Assembly: GCA_030390025.1 (NCBI GenBank)
Contig: CM059431.1
Span: 117,306,001-117,370,000 of the forward strand
DNA length: 64,000 bases
Reading direction: 5' to 3'
Source: Squalus acanthias
Taxonomy: Eukaryota
Shown here: piece after piece, positions 37,176 through 49,088 of the stretch
Layout: every line of letters starts with the position of its first letter
Position numbering within the stretch: the first letter of the stretch is position 1
Made by a program: the position numbers and the translations under genes
Notes under the pieces: generated by a model
Seen by the model: the letters and a program-made list of their open reading frames with translations, nothing else
Databases searched by the model: none
What the model was told of the DNA's origin: nothing

Positions 37176-38080
37176 CAGGGGTTCTCAACCTTTTGCTTCT
37201 TTGGCTCCCCTCCCATGTTATAAAAATTCCATGGACCCCCCTGTGGGGGTGGGGGCGGGGGAGAAGGGGGTGGTAGGAGAGAAGGTGTATGGGGAGAGAA
37301 TGGGGTGTGAGGGGGAAGAAGGGGTTGTGGGGAGAAGGGGGTGTGGGGGGAGAAGAGTGCGTGGGGAAAAGAGTGTGTGGGGAGAAGGGGGTGTGGAGAA
37401 GAAGAGGTTGTGGGGGGAGAAGGGGGTGTGAGGGGCGGGGATCGGGGTTCATCTCACATGGTTGCCATTAGCAACCTTCAAATTTCACTAGGCCTCGGCT
37501 CCTCAACATAAACAGGGTTAACTTTCCACCCACTTTACGGTGCCTGGAGGCCCTCATGTCTAGGCCTCAGGCCTCACTCAACCTCTGGCAGGTCTTCGAT
37601 GCACTCGAAGGTGATCTCGAATTGAAAAGGATTGAAAGGGTTGTCCAGCACCACCACGTTGTTCATCTGCATCTTCACAAGGGCTCCTATGGGGTAATTT
37701 TGTGTTTCTTTTTCCCTCAGACCCAACCGTGCTGATTTAAAACAGAGACTGAGGCCCATGGCTGGGTTGGCAGAATGTGATGACCACTAAGTCTTTGCTA
37801 TCCTACAGAAGCTCCGGCCCATCCTCCTCCTCCATCACCTGCCGCTCTTGTTTGGTTCGCAGAGTGCCCACAGGCAGCACACGCCTCTACCAGCACTGAA
37901 GGACCGGAGGGCCCAGGCCCAGCAGCCGACCACCCTGCAGGGTGCGACCTGCAGTCAGCAGCAGGGAGGGGGGTCCACCCAAAGCCATCTGCTAAAACTC
38001 GTTGATCTCCTGTGGTGTGGACCCCTTGAAATCTTCTCACAGATCCTTAGAGGGCCACGGGACCCTGGTTGAGAACCCTG
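37176..38080. mobile_element. Non-autonomous hAT (Charlie-like) element carrying a captured gene fragment
   Basis: TIR caggggttctcaacc / ggttgagaaccctg; 8-bp TSD ctttaaag at 37168-37175 and 38081-38088. Confidence 0.88.
37582..37680 (-). pseudogene. ASF1: Captured exon-1 fragment of histone chaperone ASF1 (ASF1A-like)
   Basis: VKMQMNNVVVLDNP---FNPFQFEITFECIEDLPE vs recalled ASF1A MAKVQVNNVVVLDNPSPFYNPFQFEITFECIEDLSE; homology ends at gagg|ttgagtgagg (degenerate donor). Confidence 0.85.
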
Positions 38081-38204
38081 CTTTAAAGCATTATGCTACA
38101 AAAGATTCCTGCATCTCAGAGACGAAAATAAGATGGCACTGTTCTGCCGCTTGCAAGCATATTTCTAAAGTACTCCATATTTTATAAGAAAACAATCAGC
38201 TTTT

Positions 38205-39200
38205 ATTAAATAGTAAACTGTTAGGAAGAGATGGGGTGGGGCAGATTAGGGACCAAAAAGGAGACCTACACATGGAGGCAGAGGGTATGGCTGTGGTACT
38301 AAATGAGTACTTTGCATCTGTCTTTACCAAGGAAGAAGATTTTGCCAAAGTCATAGTGAAAGAGAAGGTAGTTGAGATACTGGATGGGATAAATATTGAT
38401 AAAGAGGAGGAACTAGAAAGGCTGGCTGTACTTAAAGTAAATAAGTCACCAGGACCAGATGGGATGCATCTTCGGATGCTGAGGGAAGTAAAGGTGGAAA
38501 TTGTGGAGGTACTGGCCATAATCTTCCAATCCTCCTTAGATACGGGGGTGGTGCCAGAGGACTGGTGAATTGTAAATGTTACACACTTGTTCAAAAAAGG
38601 GTGTAAGGATAAACCCAGCAACTACAGGCCAGTCAGTTTAACCTCGGTAGTGGGGAAGTTTTTAGAAATCATAATCCCGGACAAAATTAACAGTCACTTG
38701 GACAAGTGTGGATTAATTAAGGAAAGCCAGTACGGATTTGTTAAAGGCAAATCGTGTTTAACTAACTTGAATGAGGTTTTTGATGGGGTAACAGGAAGGG
38801 TTGATGAGGGCAATGCGGTTGATGTGTGTACATGGACTTCCAAAAGGCGTTTGATAAAGTGTCACATAATAGTCTTGCCAGCAAAGTTGAAGCCCATGGA
38901 ATAAAAGGGATACAAAATTGGCTAAGTGACAGGAAACAGAGAGTAGTGGTGAACGGTTGTTTATCGGACTGGAGGAAGGTATGAAGTGGTGTTCCCCAGG
39001 GGTCGTTACTGGGACCACTGCTTTTCTTGATATATATTAATGACTTGGGCTTGGGTGTACAGGTGTACAGGGCACAATTTCAAAATTTGCAGATAACACA
39101 AAACCTGGAAGTATAGTGAGACTAGCTGAAGTGCTCTTGCAGAGATCCAGCATGAGCTCGACAGGCCAAATGGCCTTCTTCTGTGCTGTAAGCACTCTAT
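38205..39200 (+). mobile_element. CR1 ORF2 fragment with fused tail (internal deletion)
   Basis: LNEYFASVFTKE, KSPGPDGMH, NYRPVSLTSVVGK, GKSCLTNL; tail at 39120-39200. Confidence 0.88.
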
Positions 39201-39204
39201 GAGC

Positions 39205-41440
39205 AGGTGTCAGCAGAGGAACATTTAGGGAACAGTGATCATAGTATCATAAGATTTAGATTAGCTATGGAAAAGGACAAGGAGCAATCTAGAGTAAAAA
39301 TACTTAATTGGAGGAGGGCCAATTTCAGTGGGTTGAGAACGGATCTGGCCAGGGTAAATTGGAATCAAAGATTGGCATGCAAAACTGTTATCAAACAATG
39401 GGCTGCCTTTAAAGAGGAGATGGTTTGGGTACAGTCGAGGTATATACCCACAAGGGAGAAAGGTAGGGCAACCAAAGCCAGAGCTCCCTGGATGATGAAA
39501 GAGATAGAGAGTAAGATGAAGCAGAGAAAAGAGGCGTATGACAGATGTCAGGTTGAGAATACAAGTGAGAACCAGGCTGAATATCGAAAGTTCAGAGGGG
39601 AAGTAAAAAAGGAAATAAGAGGGGCAAAGAGACAGTCTGAGAATAGACTGGCAGCTAACATAAAAGGGAACCCAAAAGTCTTCTGTAGGCATATAAATAG
39701 TAAACAGGTAGTAAGAGGAGGGGTGGGGCCGATTAGGGACCAAAAAGGAGAACTACACATGGAGGCAGAGGGCATGGCTGAGGTATTAAATGAATATTTT
39801 GCATCTGTCTTTACCAAGGAAGAAGGTGCTGCCAAAGTCATAGTGAAAGAGAAGGTAGTTGAGATACTTGATGGGATAAAAATTGCTAAAGAGGAGGCTG
39901 GCTGTGCTTAAAGTAGATAAGTCACCAGAAGTGAATGGGATGCATCCTAGATGCTGAGGGAAGCTAAGGTGGAAATTGTGGAGGTACTGGCCATAATCTT
40001 CCAATCCTCCTTAGATATGGAAGTGGTGCCAGAGGACTGGAGAATTGCAAATGTTACACCCTTGTTCAAAAAATGGTGTAAGGATAAACCCAGCAACTAC
40101 AGGCCAGTCAGTTTAACCTCGGTGGTGGGGAAGCTTTTAGAAATGATAATCCAGGAGAAAATTAACAGTCACGTGGACAAGTGTGGATTAATTAAGGAAA
40201 GCCAGTACGGATTTGTTAAAGGCAAATCGTGTTTAACTAACTTGATTGAGTTTTTTGATGAGGTAACAGAGAAGGTTGATGAGCGCAATGCGGTTGATGT
40301 GGTGTACATGGACTTCCAAAAGGCATTTGATAAAGTGCCACATATTAGGCTTGCCAGCAAATTTGAAGACCATGTAATAAAATGGACAGTGGCAGGAGGG
40401 ATACGAAATTGGCTAAGTGACAGGAAATAGAGAGTAGTGGTGAACAGTTGTTTATTGGACTGGAGGAAGGTATGCAGTGGTGTTCCCCAGAGGTCGGCAC
40501 TAGGACCACTGCTTTTCTTGACATATATTAATGACTTGGACTTGGGCGCACAATTTCAAAATTTGCCGATGACACAAAACTTGGAAGTATAGTGAACAGT
40601 GAGGAGGATAGTGATAGACTTCAAGAAGACATAGACAGGCTGTTGGAATGGGCAGACATGTAGCAAATTAAATTCAATGCAGAAAATGGGGATGTGATAC
40701 ATTTTGGTAGGAAGAATGAGGAGAGGCAATATAAACTAAAGGGTACTAAAGTTCTAAAGGGGGTGCAGGAACAGAGAGACCTGGGGATATATGTGCACAA
40801 ATTGTTGAAGGTGGCAGGGCAGATTGAGAAAACAGTTTAAAAAACAGACGGGATCCTGAGCTTTCTAAATAGAGGCATACAGTATAAAAGCAAGGAAGTT
40901 ATGATGAACCTTTATAAAATAATGGTTCGGCCTCAACTGGAGTATTGTGTCCAATTCTGGGCACTGCACTTTAAGAAGGATGTGAAGGCCTGAGAGAGGG
41001 TGCAGAAAAGATTTACAAGGATGGTTCCAGGGATGAGGGACTTCACTGGGGAAGCTGGGTTTGTTCTCCTTAGAGCAGAGAAGCTTGAGAGGAGATTTGA
41101 TAGAGGTGTTCAAAATCATGACAGGTCTAGACAGAGTAAATAGAGAGAAACTGTTCCCATTGTCGGAAGGGTCGAGAACCAGAGGACACAGATTTAAGGT
41201 GATTGGCAGAAGAGTGGTTATGATCTGGAATGCACTGCCTGAAAGGGTGGTGGAGGCAGATTCAACTGTCGCTTTCAAAAGGGAATTGGATAAGTACCTG
41301 AACGAAAAATAATTGCAGGGCTACGGGGAAAGGGCGGGGGAATGGGACTAGCTGAAGTGCTCTTACAGAGAGCCAGTACTGGCTCGATGGGCTGAATGGC
41401 CTCCTTCTGTGCTGTAACCATTCTATTATTCTATGACTGT
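39205..41440 (+). mobile_element. CR1 LINE, 5'-truncated, disrupted ORF2 with tail
   Basis: HLGNSDH, RT motifs in ORFs 39207-39911 and 39951-40430, tttgccgatgac, LRGDLIEVFKIM, tail gaatggcctccttctgtgctgtaacc. Confidence 0.92.
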
Positions 41441-41474
41441 CTATGTTCTAGAGGCACAATTTAGCTCCATCTAA

Positions 41475-42072
41475 ATCCTTGGCTTCATAAATAGAAGCAT
41501 AAAGTATAAAAACAAGGAAATTATGCTAAACCTTTATAGATCACTGGTTAGGCCTCAGCTGGAGTATTGAGTCCAATTCTGGGCACCACACTTTAGAAAG
41601 GATATCAAGGCCTTGGAGAGGGTGCAGAGGAGATTTACTAGAATGGTACCAGGGATGAGGGACTTCAGTTATGTGGAGAGACTGGAGAAGCTGTGATTGT
41701 TCTCCTTAGAGTAGAGAAGGTTAAGGGGAGATTTAATAGAGGCATTCAAAATCATGAAGGACTTTTTATGGAGTAAATAAGGAGAAACTGTTTCCACTGG
41801 CAAGTGGGTCAGTAACCAGAGGACACAAACTTAAGGTAATTAGCATAAGAACCAGAAGTGAGATGAGGAGAAATGTCTTGACTCAGCAAGTTATTTGGAT
41901 CTGAAATGCACTACCAATAAGAATGGTAGAAGCAGATGCAATAGTAACTTCCAAAAATACTTGAAGGGGAGAAAGTTGCAGGGCTATGGGGAAAGAACAG
42001 TGAAGTGGGACTAATTCAATAGCTTTTTCAAAGACCTCCTTCTGTACTGTAAGATTCTATGATTCTATGATT
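41475..42072 (+). mobile_element. CR1 3' fragment
   Basis: ggttaggcctcagctggagtattg..caccacactttagaaagg; (ttctatga)n tail. Confidence 0.88.
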
Positions 42073-42554
42073 ATAGCTCCTAGTCTGCTGTTGGGGGACT
42101 TCACTAATAAGGAGTCCCAGGATAGGTAGCCGCACACCCAGAATATCACCATGGAAAAAAGTGGATAAGAGGGAAACTCTATGATGGGTAATGAGACAGT
42201 TACATAAACAACATATTATAATAAATCACTGCTGGAACTTAATCACTGTTCTATTTATTCCTTTTTATTTGATTTAGGACGAGGAGGAGGATTGTCTGTA
42301 AGAATTCTTGTTGTACTGATTGTAGGATGAAGCTATTTTACGGAATGGAGGATTACTGCCTTTTTTAACTGATGTAGTTGTTCTTGGATCTGGAGTGGGC
42401 CTCATCGGCCACCAAATCAGCTATCTCATAAGCTGTATCAAGCAAAGCAGCGATCAGTGAATGAAAACGAGTTGCAGCATTGTGTAGCAATTTCTGAAGT
42501 TGAAATTAAACAATTAAGATGGTTAGGACCTAAATGGAAGCTCTGCAAGATGTA

Positions 42555-44592
42555 TGTCTAGAAATTTGGCAACCCGAAGCAAACTGGGCGCTGGGAACGA
42601 TCCCGATATTGGGCCTCGGGCCTCATTTAAATGAGACTGGTGAGCTGCGGACATCTGCTGGCCGTCTCCAAGTAGCTCACCGGTGAAGAGGCTTTGAATT
42701 TTAGCCCACTGCACCGGCAGCAGCACCTCGCAGGGGATGGTTAAAGAGGATGGGGATGCGATCAGGAGTGGGGGGGGGGGGGGCGACCTGTACAGGGACT
42801 CCTCCTGAGCACAAGTCTTCAGCACGATAGCCGGGATGTTGTCGGGGCCCACAGCCTTTGCTGTATCCAATACGCTCAGCCGTTTCTTGACATCATATGG
42901 AGTGCATCAAATTGGCTGAAGACTGGCTTCTGTGATGGTGGGGACCTCAGGAGGAGGCCGATATGTATCATCCACTCGGCACTTCTGGCTGAAGATGGTT
43001 GCAAACGCTTCAGCCTTGTCTTTTGCACTCGTGTGGTGGGTTCCGCCACCATTGAGGATGGGTTATTCATGGAGCCTCCTCCTCCCGTTAGTTGTTTAAT
43101 TGTCCACCACCATTCACAACTGGATGTGGCAGGACGGCAGAGCTTTGATCTGATCCGTTGATTGTCTATACCATGCTGCTTCCACTGTGTAGCTTGCATG
43201 TAGTCCTGTGTTGCAGCTTCCCCAGTTTGGCACCTCATTTTGAGGTGAGCACGCCTCGTGCTGCTCCTAGTTTGCTCTTCTGCACTCCTCATTGAACCAG
43301 GGTTGGTCCCCTTTCTTAATGGTAATGATAGAGTGAGGGATATGCCAGGCCATGAGGTTACAAATTGTGGTGGAAAACAATTCTGCTGCTGCTGATGGCA
43401 CACAGCGCTTCATGGATGCCCAGTTTTGAGCTGCTAGATCTGTTCTGAATCTATTCCATTTAGCACAGTGGTAGTGCCACACAACACGATGGAGGGTGTC
43501 CTCAGTGTGAAGATGGGACTTCGTCTCCACAAGGACTGTGCGGTGGTCATTGCTACCAATGCTGTCATGGACAGATGCATCTGCGACAGGTAGATTGGTG
43601 AGACGAGGTCAAGTTGATTCTCTCACCACCTGATGCAGTCTGGCAGCTGTGTCCTTCAGGACTCGGCCAGCTCGGTCAGTAGTGGTGCTACCGAGCCACT
43701 CTTGGCGATGGATATTGAAGTCCCCCACCCGGAATACATTGTGTGCCCTTGCCACGCTCAGTGCTTCTTCCAAGTGGTGTTCGACATGGAGGAGTACTGA
43801 TTCATCAGCTGAGGAGGGCGGTAGGTGGTAATCAGCAGGAGGTATCCTTGCCCATGCTTGACCTGAAGCCATGAGACTTCATGGGGTCCGGAGTCAATGT
43901 TGAGGATTCCCAGGGCCACTCCCTCCCGACTGTATATGTCTATGCCATAATCTCTGGTGGGTCTGTCCTGCCGGTGGGACAGGACATACCCAGGGAGGGT
44001 GATGGAGGAATCTGGGACATTTGCTGAAAGGTATGATTCTGTGAGTATGACTTTGTCAGGCTATTGCTTGACTAGTCTGTGGGACAGCTCTCCCAATTTT
44101 TGGCACAAGTCCTTAAATGTTAATGAGGAGGACTTTGCAGGGTCAAATGGGCTTGGTGTGCCGTTTTCGTGGCCGAAGCCGGTGCCAAGGTTGATGCTGG
44201 GTTGTCCGTCCGGTTTTATTCTTATTATTGCTTTTCGTAGCAGTTTGTTACAACTGAATGGCGTGCTAGGCCATTTTAGAGGGCAGTTAAGAGTCAACCA
44301 CATTGCTGTGGGTCTGGAGTCGCATATAGGCCAGACCGGGTAAGGACGGCAGATTTCCTTCCCTAAAGGACATTCATGAACCAGATGGGTTTTTATGACA
44401 ATCCAATAGTTTCATGGTCACCATCACTAGCTTTTTATTCCGTGGCGATAGGGGTTCCCGCTGCCACAAACTGGCAGGTGAATTTCGCGGGCGGCGGTAA
44501 TATCGCCGCGCCAGGGCGGTAAGACCTTAGCGCCCCGTTATCACTCCCCGCAGGTGATAACGGGAGGCGCTAAGGCACCGAATTTCTAGCTT
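42555..44592. mobile_element. Harbinger-type termini enclosing a LINE-B fragment
   Basis: Left gtctagaaatt, right aatttctagc; 44460-44592 has ggcggtaa/ttagcgcc/ggcgctaa repeats like the end of 52981-57075. Confidence 0.55.
42803..44441 (-). mobile_element. LINE family B 5' half (SINE-like 5' region + APE domain); no ORF1 seen, no 3' end
   Basis: KLGELSHRLVKQ, VILTES, VGDFNIH, QPWFNEEC, KAVGPDNIPAIVLKTCA; upstream 44250-44441 matches SINE 265-458. Confidence 0.85.
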
Positions 44593-44699
44593 CAGCAGTT
44601 TTATCACTTCATATAAATAATTAAATTACAATAACAAAGAGATTCCATTGTCCGATTCTAGGCATTGTCCTGGGGTGGGGTAAGCAGCTAGACTACCAG

Positions 44700-45700
44700 A
44701 GAGGGCAGCTTGGACAAAGACACAGTCTGTACATAAAAAAGACACTGTGGTTATAGAGGGTTATTTGCTCAGAAAAATATATAACCATATATGGCAGAAG
44801 GACAAGGTCCACAGGAGCTAGAGCAGTTCACATTGAGGAAATGTTAGAAAGAATGTGGAAGGAGTGAGGACCAGGCTATGTGGTGGTAGTCCACGAAGGG
44901 GTGACTGACACAGGGAGAAATAATATTGAGGCTTTAAAAGGCTGCCTCAAAACTCAAGGGTAAAGGATATACAGTAATGTTCTCGGATATACTTCTGGTG
45001 TTTGGGAAAGGAGAGGAGTTCACCAACAAAATTAAAGATGTAAATGGATGGGTAGCAACCTGGTGTCAAAACAACAATGCTTTTAAATAATTAGAACATT
45101 TTCAGAATAAAGAGGAATGGTACAGGAGAGACAGGCTGAACCTAAATCAAATAGGAACGTAAAGACTTGCGAGGAATGCTGAGGCAGCAATCAACAAACA
45201 TTTGAATTAGATAGGTTGTGAGAAAGGGAGTGAGGTGACCAGATCCCAGATGAGATGGATCAAAGCATAGAAGGGATCAGCAGGTGAATGTGGACACAAT
45301 AATCGAGAGACAACATTCATCCATTGGAACCTAGGGAAAAGCAGCCACTGAAGGATATGAAAGAAGGTAAACCTTAAATAAAAGTCTTATACGTGAATAC
45401 TAGAAGCATTAGACAGAAGATCACAGACTGTTGTGGCAGTAGGGAACTTTTATGTGGTAGGAACATCAGAAACATGGCTAAATCCAGAAGATGGAAATGA
45501 ATTTAATACTCAGAGGTATAGAGTGTTTGGAAGGGACAGAAAGGGCGATGGTGTGGCCATTTATATAAGGCACAACTGGGAGGTAAATGGAATTCATCCT
45601 GTGGGAGACGATATGCTGAAAGAATTAATTTGGATGGAAATCTTTAATGTGCAAATCCCCAAGCTAACGCTAGAGTTGATCTTGAGAAGGTCCCAACCGA
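44700..45700 (+). mobile_element. Old, decayed CR1-type 5' part (esterase ORF1 remnant, start of APE)
   Basis: VLYVNTRSIRQK; VVGTSETWL..YRVFGRDRKGDGVAIYIR. Confidence 0.6.
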
Positions 45701-46908
45701 TTGATTGCAACTCCTCGACATCATTTGTTGAGCAGCTTCAGCTCATTAAACACAATCAGTAGCCATGCTTTCCTTTGGGCCTACCAGGTAGTGGGCTTGC
45801 AAAATTTCCTGGGGAAGCCAATGAACTCCTCCAGACATGCGCACTTGACATGAGGAGTGGGGACGCGGGGTGAAGATTTACCCCCTGCCCTCTTCCCCCC
45901 CACCCCCACCCCCCACCGGTCCATTGGAATTTTCTGGCCTTCTCTCCAAGGGGCAAAATCCCGGTGGAATCAGGTTCTGCACCGTTTTTCACCAGCCGCT
46001 GCCAGCAGTTATGTTGAAGATGTGCCTAAGACCAGGGCAGAATTTTAGGTCCAATCTTCTAAAGTGATAATCAATTTACATTGTTGCCAACATTTTTTGA
46101 TAGGGTATATTTAACCCATGACACTGTATGTACCAACGTATATTTTTTTTTTACAGTTGCTTCACAGGATAGCCTTAAATATTTTGCATGTTTTTTTAAT
46201 AATTTCTTTTGGATCAACACTCAGAATCACTCAGCTGAATCCAGTTTGTCAGGATTGTCAATTCTAGCTAGAGGGACTAAACCCTTGACCACGGTACAAT
46301 GCTTATTCATCATCCATAAACAGTAACAGGGAATTCACTGTTCCTCATCTATCATACCAGAAGGACTGGTATCTGAACAATTTCACTGAGGGATGGAAGG
46401 GTCCAAAATATCCAAGTGACTAGCCATTCATTACAAGTACAGCAGCAAGCACCTGTGTGTTGCCTAGAGGGTCTGAACAACTTTGAAAAATGAATGTTTG
46501 TGACAGCACCTAATTACCTCGGGTGCACCAGAATGTTGACATATCTTTGAACATGGATGGTATCAGATTGCACAGAATCAACCATTTGCCCTGCCTGAAA
46601 AATATCAAATCGAATCTCCCTCATTCTACGATACGGATTTCCCCATAACCTCAGTCAAAATTACAGATTGATTCGTGAAAAAATAGCTGCCGTTCTCGTC
46701 CTGCTGCCTTTTGCTGTTGAAATCAAATGGTTCATTTTCACAATGTGCTCTTTCTAGTTGCCTAGGTAAGAGCAATTCAAGCTAGTTTTGTACATGTTTT
46801 TCCTCGCTCCCAATAAAATGTCTGGAGTTGCATAAAATTATACTTATCCTTATCGAATCATGGCAGAATCAGCTGATAATTTGCTGTTATAACATTGTAG
46901 AAACATTA

Positions 46909-47672
46909 GGGCCAGAAATTCGGCTTTCCGGCTTCCTGCGGGTGCAAGCATCGTGCGCGTACTTACTTACCGCGCCTGCAGTTGTGCTTTGGGCCCACGA
47001 GGACTTCGGGTCCTGGGCCTCCTCCAGCTGCTGGCGCGCAGTGCTTGCGTATCCCAGGGGCGCAGTTAGTTTGAAGTGTCCCCTGGGATCACATGGGCCA
47101 TGGAGAGCCAATCCTAGCAGGGCATTTTCATTCATAGATTTGACAGGAAGACCTGTCAAATCTATGAATAGAGATCGGCCCCAAAATCACACTTAAACTT
47201 CAAATAAATTGAAAAAAAACATCACATTTTTAAAATAACTATAAGTTAAATAAATTAACTACTTTAAACAAAAATTTTAATTTTTGAAAAACTTAATTAT
47301 ACTTTTTAACGGTGCTAAAAATAAACTTACCTTTCTTTAAAGTTACTAAAAAAGATAAACCTGTTGAAAAAATGTTTAAATTGTAATTAATTAACCACTT
47401 ACCTTGTTAAAAACAGGCCTTGCGCCTCCTTTTTAAATGTGCAGCTTCTCCATACTTACCTTCCCGGAGAAACCTGAAAAAAAAAACAAAGTTCGCTGCG
47501 TGCGCGCAGCGTCTCCCACGCACGCATTCAACTTCTGAACCCCTCCCTTCAGGGGAACGGAAGTTCCGGTTTCCCACGCATGCGCAGTGCATGCAGGAAA
47601 CCGGCACTTCAGGTGGACTTACGGGTGAGTACACAGCGCGTACTCACCCGACAAGAGCCAAATTTCTGGCCC
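46909..47672 (-). mobile_element. Harbinger-type MITE, copy 6 (subfamily a)
   Basis: TIR gggccagaaatt / aatttctggccc; 764 bp, same length as copy 1; flanks tta/atg (TSD not preserved). Confidence 0.88.
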
Positions 47673-47683
47673 ATGATATACAT

Positions 47684-48150
47684 AAAGAATGAAAGACTTC
47701 CATTTATATAGCATCTTTCACAATCACCGGATGTCTCAATGCACTTTTCAGCCAATGAAATAATTTTGGAGGGTATATCACTGTTGTAATGTAGGAAACA
47801 CGGTAGCCAATTTGCACACAGCACGCTCCCACAAACAGCAATGTGATAATGACCGGATTCATTGCTTTTGTTATGTTGATTGAGGGATAAATATTAGCCT
47901 AGGACACCAGGGAGAACTCCCCTGCTCTTCTTCGAAATAGTGCTATGGGATCTTTTACATCCATCTGAGAGAGCAGATGGGACCTTGGTTTAATGTCTCA
48001 TCTGAAAGACAGCACCTCTGACAGTGCAGCACTGCCTCAGCACTGCACTGGAGTGTCAGCCTAGATTTTTGCATTTAAGTCCTGGAGTGAGACTTGAACC
48101 CACAACCTTCTGACTCAGAGGCGAGAAGTGCTACCAACTGAGCCACAGCT
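47684..48150 (-). mobile_element. Full-length tRNA-headed Deu-domain SINE (SacSINE1-like) with L2-type tail
   Basis: Head agctgtggctcagttggtagc...gggttcaagtc; Deu-like core gatgtaaaagatcccatagcactatttcgaagaagagcaggggagttctccc; tail gctatataaatggaagtctttc. Confidence 0.85.
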
Positions 48151-48514
48151 CACACGAACAGAATGTCGATTGTGAATTTTATTCTTATGTTTATCAACCT
48201 GAAGGATGTTAGGCACAAAGCAGTTACATCAAGGACTCTCATGTCAGCTATAGAACAATTGAGGTAGTGTAAATCTTCCCCTACTCTACACTAACACCTT
48301 GCCTTTAACGTAGTAAAACGTTCCAAGGCTCTTCAGAGGAGCATTATCTTAAATACCGATATTTAAGAAGGGGGATAGAACATGTCCAGGGAATTATAGA
48401 TCAGTCAGCTTAACATCGGTGGTAGGAAAAATAATGGAATCCCTACTAAAGGAGAAAATAGAAGAACATCTAGAAACCAAAAATATAATAATGAATAGTC
48501 AACATGGATTTCAA

Positions 48515-49088
48515 TGAGAAGTCGCACAACACCAGGTTATAGTCCAACAGATTTATTTAAAATTACAAGCTTTCGGAGCTGTCGCCCCTTCGTCAGGTGA
48601 AGGTACATTGAGTGAATCTACAGTATTACACAGTATATAAACACAGAAACTGCAGAGATACAATCTTTCAGGGAAGGTGTCCTTACATCAAAGACACACC
48701 AGAGCACAGCCAAGACAATGAGATGTGTCACAGGGGGTCCAACGTGTCAAATCCTGCTGTCTGCAGTTGAGCTTTTTTTTTGTGTTTGTTTTTTTTTGTG
48801 TTTTTTTTTAAAACTGGAAAGACAGACAACAATGTTGAGTCACGTTCTGTAGCGTGACATGAACCCGATATCCCTATTGAGGCCGCCCTCATGGGTGCGG
48901 AACTTGGCTATCAGCTTCTGCTTGATGATTTTGCGTTGTCGTGTGTCTCGAAGGCCGCCTTGGAGAACGCTAACCCGCAGATCCGAGGCTGAATGTCCTT
49001 GACTGCTGAAGTGTTCCCCGACTGGGAGGTAACAATCCTGCCTGGCGATTGTTGCACGGTGTCCGTTCATACGTTGTCTCAGTGTCTG
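48515..49088 (-). mobile_element. Penelope-like element 3' fragment (GIY-YIG C-terminus + pLTR)
   Basis: TLRQRMNGHR..PVGEHFSSQGH..GGLNRD; 12-bp TSD catggatttcaa at 48503-48514 and 49089-49100. Confidence 0.9.
48563..48600 (-). ncRNA. Minimal type I hammerhead ribozyme motif (Penelope pLTR)
   Basis: tcac-CTGACGA-a-ggggc gaca gctcc-GAAAG CTT-gtaa; stem II intact with one G-U pair, palindromic AAGCTT stem III. Confidence 0.75.

Noticed and set aside
37574..37759. Functional ASF1 gene
   Set aside because: Native start lost, 3-aa deletion, donor degenerate, no downstream ASF1 exons seen, and it lies inside transposon TIRs
46750..46775. Possible 8-nt microexon tctttctag|ttgcctag|gtaaga
   Set aside because: Such motifs occur by chance; no gene context in the window
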